DNA from: Camelus dromedarius
Taxonomy: Eukaryota
Reading direction: 5' to 3'
Length of the DNA: 64,000 nt
Assembly: GCF_036321535.1 (NCBI RefSeq)
Contig: NC_087437.1
Coordinates: 6,882,001 to 6,946,000 of the forward strand
Positions 51,151 to 64,000 of the stretch are shown one piece after another. The notes beneath the pieces were generated by a model. That model had not been told where the DNA came from, made no database searches, and was given only the letters and a program-made list of their open reading frames with translations. Numbering within the stretch: position 1 is the first letter of the stretch; each line of letters starts with the position of its first letter. Position numbers and translations under genes: made by a program.

Positions 51151-54100
51151 GCCAGAGACGAGGAAATAAAAAGCAACAAAGCATATTTTGGGATGATAAG
51201 CAGCACTGGACTTTTTACTCCGGCAAAAACATCTCCGCTTCCCTCCGGAGCCCCCGGCTCTAACGGTCCTGTCCATTTTAATTCTGCTCTTCAGCGGGTG
51301 TGCTTCTAGACACACTCGGAACGATTTTTCCTTTCCCCTCTCTCAGTCAAACTGCTTCATTCTGTCAAGACCTCCCCACTCCCCAACAGATCGCTTTTAA
51401 ACAAGGCGATGTTCAAATTGGGGGAAAAAGTAGCTTAAATGAGTGCTTTCCTGCTCACAATACGGGGCAATCAGGAGACGCAAACAAAAACAAAAACAGA
51501 AGCAAAAAAATAAATAAATAATTGCTCACAAACCAGGGGAAGGAATGCTGCTTAAAATTCACCTGCTAAACAAAGGAGTCTTCTCTTAGGTAACACATCA
51601 CAGAGATCTAAATATTTATTCGCGTTTGGATCTCAAAATGGGTTTCGGCATTGGCCAAAGTTGGGGCAAACATTGTCTGAGTTGAACGGAACACAGAGCC
51701 CTCGTCAAAAGGGCCATTTGTTTGAAAACACTCTACTGAGCATGCTCTACCTTGCCCCTGGAATACGCCAAGCGCTGTCACAGATGGCAGGCTCTGACAG
51801 TTCCCATCCGTAGCGTTGGTACTCGACAGTTCAGCACAAGATCAGTGACATTCTGTCTCATTAGAACCACGCTAATTATCACAGCTAGTTTCAGGGGAAA
51901 CCATGTGTTGCAATGGTCAATTTGAAGGAGTCTGTGCATCAACAAACTGGTAATAAGGATCAGACACCTTATTATATGACAGCATGCTGCCTATGATCTG
52001 ATTTACAGAATCAGAGGCACTGAGGCGGCCGAGGAGGCTGGCAGTTTATGAAACAGTGTGTTTTAAACCCGATTCCTGAAGCACACTGGTTGAAAAGGGA
52101 ATTGTTAAGGGAAAAAAAACCAAAAAGTACACAAAGGCAACTGGAATTGTTGAATCAAGAAATCAAAGGAGGATAGGTTCTCTATTAACATACAATAGAA
52201 GTAGATGAAGATTTAGAAAAAGGACAATTTCATCAATGTAGCAATTGTTTGACAGTGCTACCCATGGATTGCAGCTGATAGTTCTACAAGGAATTTAATG
52301 AGAAATTATAAAATGGCTATATATCTACTAATCTCTAAAACATATATATATTTTTTAAATGGGTGGCCTATTGATTCAGATGCCATTTTGTCATGCAAAA
52401 GAACTGCATGTATTCGAAGCAGAACAACTACACTTACAAAAAATGAATAACCTCCAAGGTTACTTTTTAAGGTACTGGAAGGTATTCTTTTGGCAGGACT
52501 GAAAAATCCTACATCAGATTCACATCACCAACAGAAGTTTTTCCATCCTTCTCTTAGCACCTTTCAGTGATGTGAAATTTTAATGGTGCAGTTTCTTCCG
52601 GAGCTATTTTTCTATTGTCATTTTGCATAAATGCATTTTCATAGCTCATTCATTTCACAGGGCCTTTATTTTCATTTCTCATATGAGGGAAAAAAGAAGA
52701 TAAAGCTAAAATAAAACCTCTTTTTACTACCCAAACCATAAAAGACAACTGGTGAGACTTCAGAGAACACACTTTGTATTTTACCGTGGTAGTCTGTTAA
52801 AGAACTGTATCAGTGCTGTAATTATGTGCTAGCTACGTTTAACTGAATGACATTGTTGTAAAATTAATTCCTACTAAGAGTTAAACCCCACTGGTTTGAT
52901 CTCTTCCCTACTCCCATTCTGTAGCTAGTGGATCCTGTCCTGAAGAATTTTAACTCTTCAATTGTCAAAGCTGTTGACAGAAGAGTTTCCAAAAAGAGGA
53001 AATTTCATAGGATATTCTGAGTCCACATTTTTCAACTTATACTACATTTCAGGACAAAAAGGGCCTCAGATTAAAGCAGATTCTACAAATACAATTGGGA
53101 TATTCATGCTTTAGAATGCATGAGACTAGCTTGCCTTAAAGTGGACCACTTCTGGGGTGACCTTCCCTAGACTTCCTCATGTGATGATCCTCTTGAAAGA
53201 GTTGGCTCAATGTTTACAAGGTGCTTCTTTTCAAATCTTGATGAAAATTTTCTTATGACATTTTCTCAAGATGGGGAAACCAGGCTTAACGAGTGATGAC
53301 TATACCTGTTACTATTAACTTACTGATGGGAGAATAAGGAAGAGATATTTACAGGACTCTAGTTAATTAATTTTAAATTTAGAGGAAAAGAAATTGTTTA
53401 ATGATTTAAAGGTGGCAATAAGATAACCACACATTTTCTGTCCAACTTGTTTAAATAGAAAATGTCCAGTGTCTAAGGGATAAACACCCCTTGACATTTT
53501 TTAGCCAACAATATAATGGGCAAATATGTGTTCTATTTAATAATTCTGAACCTCCTTGATCAAAGCCTAGATTAATGAAAACATATGCTTTTTTAATAAC
53601 AGAAATATGAGAAAGGCTCATATTCAGATTCACAAATTTAGTTCTTAAAACATCACATAACAGACCATTGTGTACCTTTAAACTGTTAAGAGTATGTCAA
53701 TATTTATGCATTTAAAGCCATTATGTTTTAAGAGTTCAGTTTAGCAGTCAACTTAGAGACATAAAGAAAGGTCTACACTGTAGAGAATGAAATCCAGTGT
53801 GGATTCCCAAAATTTAGACAGTGGAGATTTTCAGAGATACCTACCAATGTGGGGCACCTTCAGTAGGAGAGGGATGGGACCCCACGTCCTTCTTATCAAG
53901 AAGGCAGCACTGGGGCCTCCCCAAATGTGGGTTAAACTGAACCCCGGGAAGAGCTGAGATGTCTCAGGTCTCTTCTTGCTCTCCTTTCAAGCAACCAACC
54001 TGCCTCGTCCTCCTCCACAGAAGATGTTCCAGGGAAACCTAAACTATCTCCCCAGGGTCCCCTCTACCCAATTAAAAAAGAATAAAATAAAATAAGACAC

Positions 54101-57100
54101 TAGGTGGAGAATGTGTGAAGAGGCAGTCCCTGTCTTAGATCCTGGCTGAAGGAAACTCAGAGAAGGGGCTCTGAGGACACGGCGCTAGATCTTCCCCCAG
54201 ACTGCCAGCGAAGCGTGCGGCACCAGAAGTAACGGGAAGCGTGACTCTCCCATCCGCAGGGCCCTCCTGCGCGTCTTAAACAGGAGGCCGCCCAGGTAAA
54301 GTCGTGTTGCCGCAAAGTCTGGTTACACGAACATTCCAAAAGGATGAATCAGCACAGAGCTTCACAGTGTCGTTTCCAGGGAGTGTGATTTAATTCTAAC
54401 AAAATAAAAGATGCCTTCACTGACGTGCTAGAATACAGCACGCAGTCATGGTTCTGTGATTTTTTTTTTGCCCCCCTGGATTTTATCACCGTAGATTCCT
54501 ATAACCAGCCATGAAAATGACATCTTTAGCCCTATTTCTACCCCCCCCGCCACTGATTTGTGACATATCATATGTCACTTGTATCTAAGGCATTCCGATC
54601 ACCATCTAGGAATTTCTAAATCCAAAGGTCAAAAAGACGCTTCACCCGCTCCCACCCACCTACAAGCCCAAAGAGCGCTAAAGCTTTCTCACCCTCCCTT
54701 CTCTTTCATCCTAGAGGTCTTGAATCTCAATGACAAGTGTCTGAAAAGTCGATGGAAGAAAGCCAACGCCTTTGAATTCTCTGGTTTCTTCTACTGGTCC
54801 TGCTACTTTCACAGAGGCAGGAATTTTTTTTTGAGGGTTAAAAACCACACCTATCACAACCAGGTGAAGGTGTAGCAACCAAAGAGTCCAGTAACTCCAC
54901 AGGACTGGTGGGGAGAGACTGCAGAAGACTCTGTGGAAAACACGTTCAGTCAAATAGAACTTACATCACCTCGTGGCTTTACCTCAAAGAAGCATCCTGT
55001 TCACTAAAGCACCAGAGAGAAATCATTTTCCAAACGCGAGCGGCGAGGCAGCGGCTCTGTACAAGCCTTTCCTCTGCCTGCGTTACTGCATTTGCAGCTC
55101 TAACGCTGCAGACATGAAAATCAATGTAACAATTCGATGTACAAGGCAAGGCTTCTGGTGTTGCTAATGTCCCCTTGCTGGACATACACCTTTAGTCCCA
55201 GAGCTCTCAGGGGGTTTGCTGTGGCATAAAATTAGATTCCAACATCTGCCACCATTAAGGAAAAAAATTCCATTTCCATCTCCCATATGAAAACACTATA
55301 ACCAATGAACAGTAACTGAACCTTGATACCATAATGGTTATTACCCAAATCAACTATTTTTTTAAAAAACAGTAAAATTAGTGAATTCTGCTCTCATAAT
55401 TATTTGAATGTTATCAGACTAAATGATCAAATTCCAATACGATTCACTTGGAAAAAAAAAAGGCTTCTTATTTGAATACTCAGAATATAAAATGTATTCA
55501 TTTGGCGTTATTCGCAGTATGGTTAGAACATCTCATCTTTTTAAAGTTTGCACGAGCCTGCTTTCCTACTCAAGCACAAAAAGTAGCCTGCCTTCAGTAT
55601 GCATATTTTATCCAGACATTTCTATTAGGGCTAAAAACAATCTCATTTCTATTACTCATCGGAGAGAAGAGATAATATAATACAAGTGAAATGGTGGAAT
55701 CTGCAGTCGGTGTCTTTTACTGAAAATACGTTGTGCCTTAGTCACTGCATGCCACAGTGACGACGGGTCTGGTTCCACGACATTCTGGGGCTGTCATCTT
55801 TAAAATAATTATGCTGCCTGCCATGCAGGGGCCCGACTTGAAAGCGTTACCTTTGAAACAGAAAGGTTTCTGAGATACATACAGAGATAATACATACGTC
55901 ACTCCGTGTGGAGGTCTGAGCTCCTTGCTCAGCACGTTCTAAGACATTATCCATTTGTGCGCAGTGCTGTCAGTTTAAAAGCTCTTCTGTCCAGCATGTG
56001 ACCCCTTCCCGTGTGAAAAAGGATTCTGGGCTCATTAAGGTTAAATCATTTCCCAATACTCTGACACCAGTGACACAGCTTGGACTGTAGTCTCCTTTGA
56101 GTCCTCCATCACTACCCTTTCTCCGTACCCCAGCCCCAAACAGCCATGAAGGAGCTTGGATTCCGAGGGCCCTGTGTAGGCAAGAAGCCATATTCCATGA
56201 ATATGTCAATGAAGAAAGGAAAGTCCCCACTATTTCCGCTATCAAGTCATCCAGCATCCCTTAATTTCTCTTTCGTGGGGCAGAGGATAACTTCAGTCTT
56301 GATGCTCCCTGGAACCCTGAGGAGACACTGCAATTGTCAGGGAGATGCAGAGAATTCGGGGCTGGCCCTGCTTCTTATTAGTCAAGTGACTCTCGGGTGT
56401 AACCGAGGAAATCAACGTTGCAGCCCACAGGGTTATCCTGAGAACTAAATGCAGATCATCTACAACACACGGTGGGGTCTAGCACAACAGGGGTGATGAA
56501 TGTTAAGCCAACCTAGAGAATCAGGGCGAGACACAGAAGCAGCTGCGGCTGGACCAGCTGAGATACGAGTGGTCCCAGCTCTTCCCTCTTCACATGCCCT
56601 TCATTTGGGGGGACCCCTGCCTCACTCTGACAAGCCTCAGCACCTGCTTCCAAGGAATAACTAACTCTGTTACACGTTAAGAATTCTGACTATGAAAAAG
56701 GTCAGTCTGATTGGAAGATTCTTTTTTTGTGTTTTAGTTTTTCTATTTCCTTCACAAAAATCACGGCAGGAGAACAGAACTTAAGTAAATGATGACCTTC
56801 CCTTGTGAAGTCAGACCTCCTCTCCTGGGGATACATGCAGTTTTTGGACTGTCTTATTTTTCAGTAATCATCCATCTTTATATTTTCGTAAAGAGGGCTG
56901 TGCTAACATCAAAACTGAACAGCTAAGAGAAAGCTACAAAAATGCTCTGCTAGGAAGTTACAGTAAATTAGTAGTTAGGAATACCTATCTGGAGAGAATG
57001 AAAGTTAACAGTTGGCTGGACCCCAATAGCCTACAACTGGCCCCCTTGAATTCTCTTTCCACCAGCAAGGAGGAGACAGCGTGCAGCTTTGGGGGTTCTG

Positions 57101-59328
57101 GGGAACACACCATCAGGGCAGATACACAGAAGCTGCCAACCGACATCATTGAAGGTGACTCAGGGGGAGCTTCACAGGACAGGGGTACAAGGAACAAGGA
57201 TGTTCAGAAACTCAGAACATGACTCACATGATCACACACAACACTCAGAACATGACTCACACTCGCTATCAACCAACAGCTGCCACTGTGTGAATAGTCC
57301 GCACATCGGAAACCCCGCCCAGGTGCGGAGAATCTGGGATCTCATTTTAAAGAAAGAAAAGAATAAAGGTAGCAAAAGAAGCTGCTGGCCAGAAGAAGCG
57401 ATGCTCTAGCCAGGAAGGAGGGCGGGGGCAGGCGGTCATTAAATGACTGATGCCAAGCATCAAAAACTTTCAAGATTTATTTTTGTTGGTTGGTTTTAGG
57501 GCAGACCCTCATCACAATAACACACCTCGATTCTCTGTCTGCCTACCTTGGAGATTTGGGGAAAGTGGCCCTGTAGGAAGACAGACTGTGAGTTTCCATC
57601 ATTTAATGGGACAGGTCAGAAGAGATGGAGAATCAGAAAGAAAGACAGGATGATATATGTTTAAATATGAGATCCTCATCATAATTAGACTAAGTGGCCC
57701 AAACAAGAAGGTGCAGGGTGGGAGGATGACGCGAGAGCAGGACATTTCTCCTCAATGCCTCGTCTTGGCATGTCAGTGAAGATATCTAAAGACGCACACA
57801 GGTTTGAAGCGGCTCTAACATTCTATCATAATTAGAAACATTTCAAGAGCCCTGTAATTTCCAATCAAAATTACAGTAATTTCCGATATACAAGCCATGA
57901 TTCATGACAGAATTTTACATTCCATGAGAGATTACGGTGGCCCGATGTGTGACACACTGAGTGAGGCGCTAACATAAACAATTCCGTTTAATGTTTAAAC
58001 AGCACTTGATGTTTAGAATCTCACAATAAAAGAAACATATTATTGTAGAAATTATCACTTTGACAGTGATTGAAGGGTAGGCAGGCGTGTGGCCTATAAA
58101 GCTGTAATTTTTACAGTCCACAGCTTGAGTTTAATCATTTTTATATAACATTTCCAAGATATCCCTGAAGTATTTCATCTAGCCTATAACTTAAAACAAG
58201 AACAACCGTTTCCAAAGCAAAATTCCCCTCAAGTTACCGCTATTAACGTTGATAATTTCAGAAAAAGCGAATCGTGAAAGTATCGTACGGTAAATATGTC
58301 ATATTGGAAATACTCTCAGGATTGTATCATTTTATCCGAAGTTGACAGCAGCCAGGCTGTTTTATAAAGGCGAGTTCATTAATGAGAGTGAAGTATATTT
58401 GTTTAAAATTTCAAGTTGTTAAAATCTCATTCGATCCCCCGACTGCCTCTCAGTCCCACCTTGATAGTGTTTTCAAATCTTTTTGCAAACGGGAAGAGAC
58501 TTCAGTATCCTTCCAGTCCTTTAAAAGTATTCTTAGCTTTGAACACAGGGTTGTAGATAACTCTAAGTTTGTTCCTACAAAGATGACTCTACTTTGGATG
58601 AACATATATGATCAACATATGACAACCCTACTGATAAAAGACTCCATTATCCATCCTTCATTATGTCTTCATCTTGTAGGAATTTTTGACTTCTCCAATT
58701 CCATTCTATTCCTTTATAAGTCAAAAGATTTAGGCAGTTTTTCTAATTGTAATTAAATTTGTATCATATATATTTATTATTTATATATATTTATTTATTA
58801 TGATTATATATTTATTATATTTATTTTATTTACTATACATTATATACTTACATATTACATATATTTATAGAAAAACTAAAATCATTAATATGCAAACACA
58901 TATGTGAGTATGTGTGTCTGTTTTAATAAGTGCACCTAATAGTTTCAGATGTCTGAGTTGGAACAGAAAAAAAAGATCATGTTTGTAGTATTTTAGGATG
59001 GAAATGAAAGTCATCGAAGTACTAATGAAATAATAGTAATTCAAGTTATTTGTTCCACTACCTAGACCAGCTGGAGGAATGACACATGACAATACGCTTC
59101 TGGAAACGTTAACCGACTCAGGGACTTGCCGAGAAATCCGTGGTTTGGAGAGTGAGTGTTGGAGGAAACCCAACCAAGTGTCTGTTACCCTGAATCTGAA
59201 CACCGTGTTTCATCACAGAGTTCTGTCCATAACCCTGGAGACCATGACCTCTCAGGGACACCAGTTCCAACTGAGAAGTGATACCCCTCTGAGTGGGCTT
59301 TCCCAGGTAACGCAGCTCGGAGTTCTCA

Positions 59329-59505
<177 letters not shown>

Positions 59506-62500
59506 CTACAAAACATTTTGGACATGCCCGTCATTTTCCACTGGCCAAATGGTTCTGAAGCTTCTCAGGCTAGGCATCCAAACTGGACAGTGTCGCTCCT
59601 TTTACGATCAAGGTGACCAACAGGGCGGTCATTCAACATTAGTTATTACCCGGAGATCAGATTGCTTACGTTAAGGGAGTCACATTGTCACAGGTGATTG
59701 CATCTGTAATATGACAGCAACCGCCAGCTGACAGCCAGGAATTATAATGCCATAAAGTAAGTTTTCTGGAAAACGGGATAGTTTCAAAGACTTGAAAACC
59801 CTAAACTAATTGTTTCCCAATTACCTTCCATTGCCATTCTAACAAAGGAAATTCACAATTAAAATTATAATGCACACTGCCGTATCTTCACTGGGTACCG
59901 GGTGCCTGACAGACAATTGCATCACTAATAGTGATTACATACTATGGCCTTTTTAATTTTAGACTCTTCTTTTATGCCTTTTCCTCTTATGTTTCATTTA
60001 AAAAGTCTTCCATAACAAAGCCATTTGCAGAGCTGCATATTTAAATCTTCTACCCATCCATGAAACAGGTAGAGTGCCTTGCTTAATTATCATAAAGGCT
60101 GGTTGCATTTTACACGTGCATGTCCAAGCTGTTCTGTATAATTATTTCATCGTTTCCTGGCACCCCTGTATATAACTATTTCCTTTTGACTTGTGGAGCC
60201 AGATGATAAGAAAATGTTTCACAATATTTAATAGAATATGACTGCAAGTTACACAAAATATATCATCAATGACTTTACAGGTATATGCAAAATGTATAAT
60301 TTTGAGTGTGAAGTCAGTATCAATGCCTTTGGGAATAATCATAAGTGGGTATCAGCAGAAAAATGCCACAAAACTTGGGAAAATCAAATAACCTCAAGAT
60401 TTATTGATGCCATCATTAATTTTCAACAGTTAAAAAAGAATCTTTAAAACTTAAAATCTTTAAAATAAAAATTTGACTTTATCACGCAGATACATGAACC
60501 AGCCTGGGAAATTTACATATGAACCATGGGGCAGCTGTTTTCTGGGAAACTGATGAAAACATAAATGAAAAGTTACCACAGGTGCAGGACCATGTTTCTC
60601 CTGACAAAATGAGTCATCAAGAACCGCATTGCTTAGGGTCCTTTACAGAGCCCAGGTTTCTGTGCTCTAGAAACTTACCATCTCGGACCATTTCTCTCAT
60701 CCACTATGAACAATAGAAAATGAAGCTCATTTTAAGATAAACAAATGATCTTCTGACACTAAATGACATTCCTCCTGGTTGTGCAGCAAGTCTTGCAATG
60801 TTCATTTCACCCTGCCCCTAAATATTTGATATCAAAAGAGGGGCGGAGGTTATTCTAAGCAATTTAATTCCCTGCACTTACAGAGTAAAGATGAGGCTCC
60901 TTTAAAACGTGCCTTCTGTCTCCTAACTTCTAGCCATTTAGCAAAAGAACTCACCTCGGGCTTATCTGAAGGAGGCAGCTAGACTCTCCCACCTGGACCC
61001 TTGTGAGCACGGAAAGGATGACGATGAGAAACAGCTGGACCACACGCCCCAAGTGAGGACGCAGAAGGTGAGGCAGGACAAGTACCCAACAGGCTAGCCT
61101 CACTGGCTTGTCCCAAACCATCATCCGGGGACAGAGACGGCAAGAGCAGGGGTTAGATTTCCAGCTGTCCCCTGCCAGCTCTGTGATTCGTAAGCAAGGG
61201 CACTCACGGAGGTATATTAACGACTGGAGACCACTAGGCACAGACACAGGGCTTTGAAGCAATAATCTGCTAAACACCACTTTAGGAGCCAGAAGAGTTA
61301 ACGCATTACCATAAATTGCCTACAAAGTTGCTTTGGTGAGATTCGCAACTTTGCTCTGGGGTGGTCTTGCTTTGAGGCAGAAGGATAGATTTGATCACCC
61401 CATGGGGTCCCTTTTAATACCTATTTTTCTCACTGCTTAAATGAAAGAGAAAAGAAAAGCCATTTCAATCGCTTTGAAAATTGAATGTTACGGAAATGGA
61501 GGCGTGAAGTCCAGCGCACTGGAAGAAATAGTTCCTTGGTAGCAATCTGCATAGTTCAGAGAGCAGACTTTGGAAACTCAGTGTTTTTAAAATAATTTTC
61601 ATTCCTTTGTAAAAATTACGCTTAAGAATGTATCTTCGAGGTGGGCTATCATCATTTGTTTCAACCCTGTGATTTTCTTGCTAAAATTTTCTTGGCTTTA
61701 ATTTTTTTTTTAAATAAAGCAATTACAACTTGAACCAAAAAGCAAAACTTTTAAATCATTAAAAAAAAATCAAAGAACCATTTCCTAGTAGCCAACACAA
61801 TCAGAAGTGGATAAGAAGTAACATGAAACACTTAAAAAAAAAAGCGAGAGCAACAACTTTTAAAAATAATAAGAAACTGTATTACTCACTTAAGAAATAT
61901 TTAGAAAAGCTTTTCTTTATCATCTTGTTGGCTTGGATATGCATCTTATCACAGATAAGCTATTAGAATTTTGGAATCACATTCTTTCTTCCTAAACACA
62001 AGCTATTGCTTAAGGGGAACTGACTTGGACAGCTTTTCAAAAATATGAAAGCTGAATTTTTTTTTCCCCCAGGTAAAAATGGAAACAAGAATCTTTTATA
62101 CCTCACTCTACTAAGTACTATTTTAGCTTAGCACCGAAAAAAATCTTCTTTAATCCTGGTTTAGCTTTTAATATTATATCACACATTAAAATTCATAAAG
62201 TAGTTCATTCCAGGCAAAACAAACTACTCTTCAGCTCTTCTCCGCAAATAACACAGGAGGTAAAATAAATGCAGTCGCTTTCCGAATAGCTTTTATCAAG
62301 GTAGCGGGTTCTACTCCATCATTACGGCGGCGCCGGGGAAGTAGTTAAGGATTGGAGTTTTGGTATTTACCCTTCCACGTGGGGATAGGGTGAGCACTGG
62401 GGTCTCTGTTTCATTTCAATGAAACTGTGCAGGAGGACGCACATTTTCCATGCAAAGGCTTTTTTGCTTCTTCACGGACTGTTGAATCCATCAACCCACA

Positions 62501-62699
62501 CTACAAAATGGACCATACACACTCCACACGCCCCCGTGTGCTACCTACGTACATGCTGCACAGAACGGACTCCACTGGGGTCCTGCTTGGTGACTGTGCC
62601 GTCCCCTGACGCGGGAGGAGTTTCCTGCACACACGTATTGCACACGTGTGTGAGAGCGTGCACACACATAAAGGTTGATGGAGTTTTAATAACAATTAT

Positions 62700-62900
62700 T
62701 AATGATAACAGAGACTAACATTGATCAGTTGTTTATCATGAGCAGGGTACTGTGTTAACATACATGAACTCTAACCTGCAAAACGTCTCCATTTTAAAAC
62801 TAACAAAGAAGTTAAGGGATTTGTCCATGGGGCAAGGCTGAGAACTGAACTTAAGTCTGTCTACTGCCAATACTGATCTTAAAAACCACTGCAAATATAC
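62700..62900 (-). mobile_element. MIR SINE
   Basis: ctaacattgatcagttgtttatcatgagcagg...ctccattttaaaact...gttaagggatttgtccatgg...gaacttaagtctgtct. Confidence 0.7.
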
Positions 62901-64000
62901 GGAGGTTATGATGTTTTATACAGGATTTCTTTACTTGAAAAAATTCTTATTTTTTAAGACATGCTTTTTGGCAGCCCTTTGCTAAGTCTAGCCCATTAAC
63001 ATCTAATTTTTAGTGGCGAATGGTCTTATTGTTAGGTTAAAGACTCCAATATGAATTTAGTTAAGTTATGCAAACTAGAAGTGTGTTCTTAGTAATGCTG
63101 TGTATGAAATGTGCTACTCTGAGGAATTCCTATTGGTGATAAAAAAGTAGTCCCTATTTTCAAATTTTTATATATTAACACTGTTTTGAGTATCAGGATG
63201 ATATCTTTTAATGCTTTTCTTCCTTTTGTAGAAACAATATTCATTTCTTTCCAAATCTGGACTTTCAAAATTCCTCTAGCTTTTAAAAGATGACTATTAA
63301 TGAGAAGCATTTTATAAGCACATAAGTAATCTTAACATAAAACTGGTCAAGGGATTCATAACAAATAAAACTTATCAAGTATGAAGTTTCTGCCCATAAC
63401 TAGAATCTATGTTTCATTATATTATTGAAGGATTTGTTGTAAAGGGACAGAAAAGTGCAGCTATCAGATTAAATTAATTACATGTTGCTTATATAAACTC
63501 CCTACATTTTCTAAAGTGTTGTAATAAAATATCACATCTTACATTAGGGGGAAAAACAAAGAATTACATGATGAGATGTAAAAAATATAAAGGCAAAAGT
63601 AATGATATAATTCACGTAAAAGTTATAACCCGATGATTACAGGCTGTCAAACAGTCCTTATGAAGACAGAAATTGCTAATTTAACTCCAAAAGTCAACAC
63701 GTATTAAAACACACAAATTAAAAACCATAACAAGTACACACCTACACAGAAACCAACTTAAAACTGATCTGGAATAGACTAATCCCAGAAAACAGTAATT
63801 AATTAATATTAATCAAATCAATCTCGTAAACTCATCTGGAAAATTTGCTAAGCACAGCCAGAAAAGAAACCTTTAAGACCAGGGACGTTTGGAGGGGTTG
63901 GGTCCATACTAGTGACGTTTGGAAGAAATGCCCAATCACTCAAAGTCTTCCAAAGTGGGTCATCTGCCACATACGTGATGCAGTCTATCAGGAGAGTGTT

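Noticed and set aside
59506..64000. Search for the next upstream SATB1 exon (CUT1 end, ...STPPSRPPQ)
   Set aside because: No matching peptide or splice-bounded segment seen; it presumably lies beyond the window.

Overview
Mammalian genomic DNA, probably camelid: two tRNA-Ala-derived SINEs match the camelid Vic-1 type as I recall it, and the young L1 3' ends look cetartiodactyl. The window holds the 3' part of SATB1 on the minus strand. Three constitutive coding exons lie at 59350-59505, 32391-32594 and 29521-30024 (CUT2 domain, Q/P-rich linker, homeodomain). There is also an intact 96-nt in-frame cassette exon at 31720-31815 (long isoform), a ~26.8-kb intron with several motif-dense candidate enhancers, and a 3' UTR with candidate proximal and distal poly(A) signals and a dense miRNA-seed cluster. 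Upstream SATB1 exons lie beyond position 64000. Positions 1-24.8 kb are downstream intergenic DNA rich in L1, MIR, MaLR/ERV LTR and hAT repeats. I see no convincing evidence of a wholly new biological system. The most unusual local feature is the terminal exon: the poly-Q tract is replaced by a Q/A/P mosaic inside a CpG island, and the new codons spell NRF1-type motifs. Repeat family names and cross-species comparisons come from memory and were not computed. Old-repeat boundaries are approximate.
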